Below, one piece after another: positions 36,283 to 43,170 of a stretch of 64,000 nucleotides of DNA. The notes beneath the pieces were generated by a model. It made no database searches. It saw only the letters and a list, made by a program, of their open reading frames with translations, and was not told the DNA's origin. Both the position numbers and the translations under genes were made by a program. The DNA is from Candidatus Woesearchaeota archaeon (lineage in GTDB: Archaea > Nanobdellota > Nanobdellia > Woesearchaeales > UBA10216): assembly GCA_016180065.1 (NCBI GenBank), contig JACPBY010000006.1, positions 3,233 through 67,232 of the forward strand, given 5' to 3'. Numbering within the stretch: the first letter of the stretch is position 1; each line of letters starts with the position of its first letter.

Positions 36283-37506
36283 CTATTCGAGAAGCCATTT
36301 CCAGACGGGCTTGATTATTATCTTTTTTCCCTCAATCGCAAATTCATCATCCTGATTATAAGTTAAAATAAGCCCGTCTTTTAAGCTAAACAGTTTTAGG
36401 GCAGTAAGCAAGCCGTTTATTTCCCTGCCCTTAGTCTCTTCATTAAAATCAGAGCAGACTTGAATTGCGGCAGTTACCCTGCCTTTTTCCTTAATCACAA
36501 AATCGCATTCATTCTTCTCCCTGAAATAAAAAATGTCCCTGAATTTCCTTCTCAAACCCAAAAAAACAGTGTTTTCAAGCATTTTCCCAACATCTTTAGA
36601 GAAAGAGGCGGAATTATTGCAGGAAAGCCCGTTGTCTACGGAATAAGCCTTTTTGGGATTTACCTGCTGCTTCTTGTATGAATAGCTAAAACGGGGCACT
36701 GTAAAGAGCAGATAAGCGTTTTCGAAGTAAGAAACATAATCAATAACACTCTGGACAGACTTAATCTCAAACATTTTCTTAATCGAATTGTATGAGAACT
36801 CCTTTCCAACATTGCTAATCAAAAAAATGGCAATTTTAGTCAGGATATTTGTGTTTTTAATGCCAAACCTTATCGCGATATCCTTCATAACAATATCTGA
36901 AAGCAATTCATGAAGAATCGAAGGATTTGCCTTTTTAAGATACTCCGGAAACCCTCCCCCGTAAAGGTATCCCTCAAAGGACTCAATTGAGGGATTTTCC
37001 TTATTCAGGTTGAGAAATTCCCTGAATGAAAATGGAAACATCTCCATCTGGAGATGCCGCCCAGTCAGCTTTGTGCCAAGCTCCCCGCTTAAAAGCGATG
37101 CGTTAGAGCCAGTTATGACAATCCTCTCTTTTTTGTCAATCAGGTACCTGATGAATTTTTCCCACTTGCCTATGTTTTGTATCTCATCAAAAAAATATGT
37201 GCCGCCTTCCCCAAAAAGCTCCTTCATTATAGCTTCAGCCTTATTAAAGTCAGAAAGCTCAAACCCATCTAAACGCGGGTCTTCCAAATTCAGGTAGTGC
37301 CAGTTTTTCTGTTTTCTTAATAACTGGTTGAGGAACGTGCTTTTCCCGCACCTTCTTACCCCTGTGATTATAAGGGCAAAAGAGTCTTCTATCCTTAGCT
37401 CCCCTTCTTTTTCCCTCGGAGTTCCAGGGTCCAGCTTAGCTAAGGACTCTTTTTGGGAAACTATAACCTCCCTCAATGTTTCCTTGGTTATCATGATGCA
37501 GGCCAT
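36283..37506 (-). CDS. AAA+ ATPase of the COG1373 / DUF4143 type
   Basis: Walker A ITGVRRCGKST, Walker B-like TYFFDEIQ, and a C-terminal DUF4143-like region ending with a restriction-endonuclease-like ECDFVI. Confidence 0.85.
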   Translation of the reverse strand: MACIMITKETLREVIVSQKESLAKLDPGTPREKEGELRIEDSFALIITGVRRCGKSTFLNQLLRKQKNWHYLNLEDPRLDGFELSDFNKAEAIMKELFGEGGTYFFDEIQNIGKWEKFIRYLIDKKERIVITGSNASLLSGELGTKLTGRHLQMEMFPFSFREFLNLNKENPSIESFEGYLYGGGFPEYLKKANPSILHELLSDIVMKDIAIRFGIKNTNILTKIAIFLISNVGKEFSYNSIKKMFEIKSVQSVIDYVSYFENAYLLFTVPRFSYSYKKQQVNPKKAYSVDNGLSCNNSASFSKDVGKMLENTVFLGLRRKFRDIFYFREKNECDFVIKEKGRVTAAIQVCSDFNEETKGREINGLLTALKLFSLKDGLILTYNQDDEFAIEGKKIIIKPVWKWLLE

Positions 37507-37527
37507 AACTTCAAAAGTATTTAAATG

Positions 37528-37566
37528 TTTCTATTGACAATAGACAATAGTTTCTATTGACAATAG
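37528..37566. promoter_or_regulatory. two copies of TTTCTATTGACAATAG (each containing the palindrome CTATTGACAATAG), 23 nt apart, just upstream of the ATPase gene
   Basis: Exact 16-nt direct repeat at 37528..37543 and 37551..37566, with an extra half-site ACAATAG between them. Begins 22 nt from the ATPase start codon. Confidence 0.45.
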
Positions 37567-37594
37567 AAAGAAGGCTGGACAGCGGCAGAACCAT

Positions 37595-37664
37595 CCAACA
37601 GCAGTGGCTGGAAAGCAGTGCTGAACAGGCTTGAAAGGGTAAAAGGAAGGTGAAGGAACAAGGG
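37595..37664. repeat. direct repeat B (copy of the bud32 3' end)
   Basis: The single G-to-T mismatch relative to copy A creates a TGA in the bud32 reading frame (..LERVKGR*). Confidence 0.9.
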
Positions 37665-37714
37665 GAAAAATCCAAAGCAGAAAATATATAAACGCCTAGG
37701 CGTAATCCTGCGTT

Positions 37715-37855
37715 ATGAAGCAAGAGACAGTCACAATCACGAAAGAGGAATATGATAAGCTTAAGAAACAATCACAAATAGACATGGACATACTGCACCA
37801 GCTCGTGAGCAGCTTTAAAGACATAAAGGAAGGAAGAGTAAGGAGAGTCAAGTGA
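37715..37855 (+). CDS. possible orphan antitoxin-like small ORF (46 aa)
   Basis: Encodes MKQETVTITKEEYDKLKKQSQIDMDILHQLVSSFKDIKEGRVRRVK. The C-terminal DIKEGR motif is shared with the ORFs flanking relE. No toxin gene lies adjacent. Confidence 0.35.
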   Translation: MKQETVTITKEEYDKLKKQSQIDMDILHQLVSSFKDIKEGRVRRVK

Positions 37856-37895
37856 TTATTTCCCGACCATATTCCTTATCTCATCCTTAAAATAA

Positions 37896-38225
37896 TCAAG
37901 CAACAGCGACCAGTTTAGCGTGCTTGGCAAAGTAATTTTCGGTCTCCTGTTCAAGCAACTTCTTGTAGACATCAATAAGGCGCACAACGGCCTCGTTTTC
38001 CTCGTTTAGCTTAAACAGCTTGGCTTTCCCTATTTCCCTGGTCGGAATGACAATTCTAAGGCCTACAAACTCTTTCCAGAGCCGGCTAAGTGTCGCCCAG
38101 CCAACATTGCTATTTCTAGCTATATCTGACATAGAATAGTCAAAACCCCTATATTTTATCAAATAGTTCAGTATCTTAACCTTAGGCGTGTACCCAAATA
38201 CCTTCACAAAGATTGTTTGTTCCAT
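37896..38225 (-). CDS. winged-helix transcriptional regulator
   Basis: KILNYLIKYRGFDYSMSDIARNSNVGWATLSRLWKEF is a typical HTH plus wing. Confidence 0.7.
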   Translation of the reverse strand: MEQTIFVKVFGYTPKVKILNYLIKYRGFDYSMSDIARNSNVGWATLSRLWKEFVGLRIVIPTREIGKAKLFKLNEENEAVVRLIDVYKKLLEQETENYFAKHAKLVAVA

Positions 38226-38230
38226 TTTTG

Positions 38231-38254
38231 TTACCTAATAGCCATTACCTAATA
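38231..38254. promoter_or_regulatory. direct repeat TTACCTAATA x2 (14-nt period) immediately upstream of the wHTH gene
   Basis: Copies at 38231..38240 and 38245..38254. Candidate operator in a 129-nt divergent intergenic region. Confidence 0.3.
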
Positions 38255-38354
38255 CCTAGCGGAGGGTAGTCAGTATTTAAACCTTTTGTTTTAATACACT
38301 GTTATATCATTTCAGAAGCAACATATTTAAGGGAGCAACATAATCAAGTAAGCT

Positions 38355-38627
38355 ATGGACGATTTGAACAGGGTAAAAAGAGCAATTCTTGATGGTCTTC
38401 TTACACCTCCACGATGGGGAGGCAAGCACACAGATGTCAGAAACCTGAAGAAAGGATTTCCAGCTCCCATTTCAGCAACAAAAGAAGGCCAAAGGCTCAT
38501 GGACGACGCCATCAAGCAGCTAATCAACAGCGGCTGGCTTCTTGCCAAGAAATCCACCGGAGAAATCCACGTATCGCTTAATCCCAGAATGAAAAAGGAA
38601 ATAATGGAGTTTGTAAACAGCCCTTAA
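38355..38627 (+). CDS. hypothetical protein (90 aa)
   Basis: Clean ORF, divergent from the wHTH gene. PPRWGGKHTDVRN motif, family not recognised. Confidence 0.5.
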   Translation: MDDLNRVKRAILDGLLTPPRWGGKHTDVRNLKKGFPAPISATKEGQRLMDDAIKQLINSGWLLAKKSTGEIHVSLNPRMKKEIMEFVNSP

Positions 38628-38644
38628 GATTATTAATAAAACTC

Positions 38645-38896
38645 TCACTCCTTCGCCTGCACAGGCCTCCTGACCGTAATCGGTATGACGCCTTTCTCAA
38701 ACTCAAGCTTTGCAATCTCCACAGGGTTATACCTGAGCTTCTTGATGCCTTCCTCGTCAAGCTTTATCTGAAAGGGAGCGCCCATTGAAATCTGGAGGGC
38801 TCTTGCTCCAATCATTCTGGCTATTTCGTACTTGGTGTATTTCTGAGCCTGTTCGCCAGCTTCTGCACCTGAACCTTTAGCAGCTTTTTCAGACAT
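38645..38896 (-). CDS. rpoK: DNA-directed RNA polymerase subunit K (Rpo6)
   Basis: TKYEIARMIGARALQISMGAP is the Rpb6/K signature. The true start is MSEKAAK at 38896. The listed 147-aa ORF overlaps rrp42. Confidence 0.85.
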   Translation of the reverse strand: MSEKAAKGSGAEAGEQAQKYTKYEIARMIGARALQISMGAPFQIKLDEEGIKKLRYNPVEIAKLEFEKGVIPITVRRPVQAKE

Positions 38897-38906
38897 GACA
38901 TTCACC

Positions 38907-39686
38907 TCACAGCTTCTTGTGGAGCTCCTTTGCCTTTGCAGCAGCAAGGTCAACCATCCTGCCGATATCATCAATTGAGAGGGGCGAGTCGCCTCCTTTC
39001 TGCATGGCACATATCTGGCCAGCTTCAGTAATGGCAACCGTAAGCCGGGCATCAGCCACTTTCTCCTCCTCAATGAGCGGGTCAACAAAGAAGTGTTCGT
39101 CCAGCTTTGTTACCGTAACAAGCACAGGAATCCTAAGCATGGGCAGCTTGTTATTTGTTGGATGCTCATAATCAACAGCCTTCCCGTTGTAAGCTGGAAA
39201 TTTAGTGCTGCGCAGGGCAGCCATAGCGGCAAGGGCAGCTGCGTCAAGCAGATTGCCAGCTGCATTGATAGTGCAGATGTCAACCATCACAGCCCACACC
39301 TTCTCGCCAGGCTCAATGCAAAGCTTCGCTGTGTCAATGGCCTTGGACTCCCTTACTCCACGGTCAACAACCCTTGCAATCTCAATAGACTCCTCACCAG
39401 GAGGCCCTGCCTCAAAATCAGGGCTTGAAAGCGGCAAAAGCTCAGCGTTAACCATCAGGTTGCCGTCAGCAGGAGTGTCGTTGTAAGGCTTTTCGACAGC
39501 CATCTTGACACCAGCTATCACCTCGGTGTCGCCAATCCTCACCCTGGCAGAACCCTCAGCGTTTTTTGTAACTCCCAACTCAATGCTTACCGGCCTGAAC
39601 TCGCCAAAAGCCCTTCCGTCATAACGCATGCCCTTGCCAAACCACTTCAGGATATTAGCCCTCAAAAGCTCGTTCATTTCGTTCAC
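38907..39686 (-). CDS. rrp42: exosome complex component Rrp42
   Basis: RNase PH-like inactive subunit: DGRAFGEFRPVSIELGV, GSARVRIGDT. Positioned after rrp41. Confidence 0.9.
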   Translation of the reverse strand: MNEMNELLRANILKWFGKGMRYDGRAFGEFRPVSIELGVTKNAEGSARVRIGDTEVIAGVKMAVEKPYNDTPADGNLMVNAELLPLSSPDFEAGPPGEESIEIARVVDRGVRESKAIDTAKLCIEPGEKVWAVMVDICTINAAGNLLDAAALAAMAALRSTKFPAYNGKAVDYEHPTNNKLPMLRIPVLVTVTKLDEHFFVDPLIEEEKVADARLTVAITEAGQICAMQKGGDSPLSIDDIGRMVDLAAAKAKELHKKL

Positions 39687-39695
39687 CGTTCATGA

Positions 39696-40439
39696 TTAAA
39701 CTGTGCTGCCGTTGCCTTTAACCGCAACCGGAACAGCAAATTTTTCCTTCAACGCCCTGCGCTGGACCTCGTAAATCTGCAGGCATGCAGCCCTTGCCAT
39801 TTCCAAAGCCTTCTTTAAGCCGTCCTTGTCAATCATGCCATCCATCTGGAGGAGCGTTACCTGGCCTGTCCGCGGAATGAACGCGACAGGAATATCAGCC
39901 ACATCACCATCCTTGTAAGACTCCTCGGCATAGCTCAGGTCAACAGCAACCATTTCACCAACCTTTCCTGCAGAAACCGAGGAAACAAGGTCCTTCATGG
40001 AAACTCCTGCATCAGCCAAGGCTATTGCTGCTGCACAAATGCCAGCGCATCGGGTGCCGGCATCTGTCTGTGGCAGCTCAATGAAAACGTCAACAACAGC
40101 GTTTGGGAAATCCTCAAGGTTAAGCACGGGAAGCAATGCCTTCTCCGTAACCATTGAAATCTCCTTTGACCTTCTTGAGCCGCCGGGCTTGACCCTCTCG
40201 CCAGCTCCGGAAAAAGGCATCATGTTATACCGGCAGCGTAAAATGCCGCGCTGGGGATCCTTAAGGAACCTTGGGAACAAATCCCTTGGGCCATAAACCG
40301 CCGCATACGCAACAGTATTCCCAATCCTGAACATCGCAGAGCCATCAGCCCTCTTAATAATGCCAGCCTTGGCAGCAACAGGCCTCAGCTCATCAGGCCT
40401 TCTCCCATCAAAACGCTTGTCATATCCCATGCAAATCAC
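39696..40439 (-). CDS. rrp41: exosome complex exonuclease Rrp41
   Basis: Contains RFDGRRPDELRPV, DGSAMFRIGNT, GGSRRSKEI, QTDAGTRCAGI. Confidence 0.92.
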   Translation of the reverse strand: MICMGYDKRFDGRRPDELRPVAAKAGIIKRADGSAMFRIGNTVAYAAVYGPRDLFPRFLKDPQRGILRCRYNMMPFSGAGERVKPGGSRRSKEISMVTEKALLPVLNLEDFPNAVVDVFIELPQTDAGTRCAGICAAAIALADAGVSMKDLVSSVSAGKVGEMVAVDLSYAEESYKDGDVADIPVAFIPRTGQVTLLQMDGMIDKDGLKKALEMARAACLQIYEVQRRALKEKFAVPVAVKGNGSTV

Positions 40440-40452
40440 CCAAAAAAACGGT

Positions 40453-41166
40453 TTATTGTCCCTGCTCAGGTTTCTTCAGCTTCCCAACTTCCTCGTCAAG
40501 GAAGGCCTTAACCCTGTCTGTCAATCCCGATATGTGGCTCTCTCCTTCAATTTTCCTTAAGGTGGTAACGGCAAGAAGCTCATTATCCGGCTCTCCCTGA
40601 AGCCAGACAACGCCGTTCTGGCCAACAATAACCTTGCAGCCAGTAGCATCCTTAATCATGCTGACCATGCTACCCTGCTTGCCTATAATCCTTGGAACTT
40701 TGTTAGGTGCAACTGCAACTATCCTGCCCTCAGAAAGCTTCCTCAGGCCAGGCCCTTTCATGGTCAGGTCAACAAGATTCTGCGAGGTTACATTGATAAT
40801 TTTGGTGACAATGTAATCCCCAAACGTGAAATACCTCGTCAAGTCCGCACCCCGCGCTATGAACTCTGCGCTTGCCTCCTTCATTGAAAGCATGGCAGTG
40901 TAAGCTGAATTGATGTCAACAACCCAGCCTGAGATTGCAACGTCAACAACCTTGCCTACAATCACATCCCCACGCTTCGGCAGGTATTTCCCTGCAAGTG
41001 GTATAATCTTTACAAGCCTTCCGTCAACAGCAAGCAGGCCAAGCTTCGAGGAAACAAGCTTCTCGCCATCCCTGTAAACGCCCTCTGTAGGCAAGAAATC
41101 CATGCCTGAAGCAACTTCCTCACCCGGAACTACAATGCTCTTATCCGCCATCAACAGTTCTCCCAT
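40453..41166 (-). CDS. rrp4: exosome RNA-binding subunit Rrp4 (S1 + KH)
   Basis: S1 segment GDVIVGKVVDVAISGWVVDI and KH segment RIIGKQGSMVSMI. Confidence 0.9.
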   Translation of the reverse strand: MGELLMADKSIVVPGEEVASGMDFLPTEGVYRDGEKLVSSKLGLLAVDGRLVKIIPLAGKYLPKRGDVIVGKVVDVAISGWVVDINSAYTAMLSMKEASAEFIARGADLTRYFTFGDYIVTKIINVTSQNLVDLTMKGPGLRKLSEGRIVAVAPNKVPRIIGKQGSMVSMIKDATGCKVIVGQNGVVWLQGEPDNELLAVTTLRKIEGESHISGLTDRVKAFLDEEVGKLKKPEQGQ

Positions 41167-41181
41167 TTCAAATCACCCTGA

Positions 41182-41916
41182 TTACTGCCTCGCCCCAACC
41201 ACCTTGCTCTCCACAGAGCCATGGCACAGCCTGTTCAGCTCTGAAAAAAGCTCCTGCTGCAAGCCAGCAGGGACCTCGACAACAGCCAGAAGGCTTCCAT
41301 CACTCTGCCATGAATCCTTTTGCAACGAGCCGAAGCCCTTGAGGATCGGATGAGCTTTTGCAGCAAACTGCGCAGGAATATGGAACTCAACCTGCCGGAC
41401 TTCAAACTTTATGGGCAGCACAGGCATAAGCTGCCTGACAATTGCCTGGACCTGGTCTTCAGAACTTGCATGCTCGTCAATCCTGACCTTGGCCTCCTCC
41501 ATCGCAGCCTCAATCCTGCTTTGGGGAATGGGAAAGCCGGTTTTCGGGTCAATGGCCATGCGGTGAATAATGTTGACTATGGCCTTCCTTTTTGCTTCCC
41601 TAAGGTTGTCCCTGTATTCTGAAGTGAGCTGAACCTCGCCTTTCAGGATAATCTGCCTGGCAACCTCAGCAGGGTCAACGGTATTGAACACGCTTTTCAT
41701 AATATGCTCGGAAGCCGCAAGGCCTTTCTTCGCATCAGCAAAAATCCTGTCGTAAACCAGCACATCATGAATGTCAGCCTTGCCCTGCGACTGCCTGAAT
41801 GCAAGGGCAGCTTCGGGGTGGACAACAACCTCAAAGCTCTCGCCGCCAGCTTTCATCCTGGCAAGGTTGAAATGCGGCTTCTCCTTCCCGAAATGCTCAG
41901 TTGTCCAGGCTACCAT
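41182..41916 (-). CDS. sdo1: ribosome maturation protein SDO1/SBDS
   Basis: ARMKAGGESFEVVVHPEAALAFRQ and the conserved position between psmA and rrp4. Confidence 0.9.
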   Translation of the reverse strand: MVAWTTEHFGKEKPHFNLARMKAGGESFEVVVHPEAALAFRQSQGKADIHDVLVYDRIFADAKKGLAASEHIMKSVFNTVDPAEVARQIILKGEVQLTSEYRDNLREAKRKAIVNIIHRMAIDPKTGFPIPQSRIEAAMEEAKVRIDEHASSEDQVQAIVRQLMPVLPIKFEVRQVEFHIPAQFAAKAHPILKGFGSLQKDSWQSDGSLLAVVEVPAGLQQELFSELNRLCHGSVESKVVGARQ

Positions 41917-41923
41917 TGTTTAA

Positions 41924-42682
41924 TTACTTCTCCTCCTTCTTCTTCGGAGCAGACTTCCTTATATCATCCATGTATCTTTCAATCTCAGCTTTCTTGAGCT
42001 TTGTAAACCTTTTATCTGCAAGGGTTATGAAAGCGCCAGCTATCCTGTCAATGTTGAAGTCCTTCTCAATCACCCTGTAAAGAGCCCTGAGCCCCAGCTT
42101 AAACGCTTCATCAAGGCTAAGGTCATCCCTATACTCCTTCCTCAAAACTTCCTCAATTTCGGGCTCGCCCTCGCCGATGACAGTTGCCCTGTACTGGAAG
42201 TAAATGCCCGTCGGGTCAGTCTCAAACAATTTGGCCCCGGAATCGTCAACGCCTGCAATCAGCAGCGAAACGCCAAACGGCCTCAAGCCCCCTGATTGCG
42301 TGCAGAACTGCTTAAGGTTCGAAATGTCCTTTACTATGCTCAGCACGTCAATCGGGGCATCATAAGTAACATGGTGCTGCTGCGCCCTCAACTGGGCCCG
42401 CTCAACCAGAACCCTTGCATCGGAAAGTATTCCGGAAGCGGTTGCGGCAACGTGGTCATCAACCTGCCAAATCTTCTCAACAGCCTCTGGAATCACAAGG
42501 CTGTCAACTATGCGCTTGTCAGCCAAGAGCGCAACGCCATCCTTGCAAACCATGCCAATGGCAGTGCTGCCCTGCCTGACGGTCTTCTTGGCATACTCAA
42601 CCTGCAACAATCTTCCGTCAGGGCTGAACATTGTAATTGCGCGGTCATAACCCATAATCTGATGAGGCATAGGCTGCTGCAT
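41924..42682 (-). CDS. psmA: proteasome subunit alpha
   Basis: GYDRAITMFSPDGRLLQVEYA. Confidence 0.95.
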   Translation of the reverse strand: MQQPMPHQIMGYDRAITMFSPDGRLLQVEYAKKTVRQGSTAIGMVCKDGVALLADKRIVDSLVIPEAVEKIWQVDDHVAATASGILSDARVLVERAQLRAQQHHVTYDAPIDVLSIVKDISNLKQFCTQSGGLRPFGVSLLIAGVDDSGAKLFETDPTGIYFQYRATVIGEGEPEIEEVLRKEYRDDLSLDEAFKLGLRALYRVIEKDFNIDRIAGAFITLADKRFTKLKKAEIERYMDDIRKSAPKKKEEK

Positions 42683-42948
42683 TCAAATCACCCCTCCAAC
42701 TCAAAATTTAAGCCGTAAATCGCTGCTGCGGCCATAGCTGTAGCTGCCATACCTGCTGCAACTGTTTTTTCTGACATCTTTCCTATCATGTGACTCATTT
42801 TTTCCGCTGGCTTAAAGCCAGTAAACGAAGAATCTAGCTCAGGTTCTTCTTATCTCACAGCAACAGAGAACAGCACGGCACTATTTAAAGGTTTCTACGT
42901 GCCGACATTGTCAAGTTAAGTGGGAATGCAGGTCGTGGTCTTGCAGAC

Positions 42949-43060
42949 TTCTTCAATGGGCGCTTACCCCGCCCCTATGGGGCGATATGATTTCCCATTG
43001 AAGAACCAACAACCCAATGAATTACATACACCCCACAGCTTGCTGTGGTTGGGTTGTTGA
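42949..43060 (-). repeat. structured repeat family, copy 3 (reverse orientation, lacks the 49-nt module, longer 3' hairpin)
   Basis: The reverse complement reads TCAACAACCCAACCACAGCAAGCTGTGGGG..CATTGGGTTGTTGGTTCTTCAATGGG..CGCCCCATAGGGGCG..CCCATTGAAGAA. Confidence 0.8.
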
Positions 43061-43170
43061 CTTTGCCAGCCTCCCTGCGGTAAGCGAAGGGAGGACTAGC
43101 AAACCGCAGCGATAGCAGCGGCACAACCGGCTTCCGGCACACAAAACTTGACTTCATCTTATGAGCCAGG

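Noticed and set aside
42688-42798. 36-aa hydrophobic ORF (MSHMIGKMSEKTVAAGMAATAMAAAAIYGLNFELEG) just upstream of psmA.
   Set aside because: It is too short and low-complexity to call without conservation or expression evidence.
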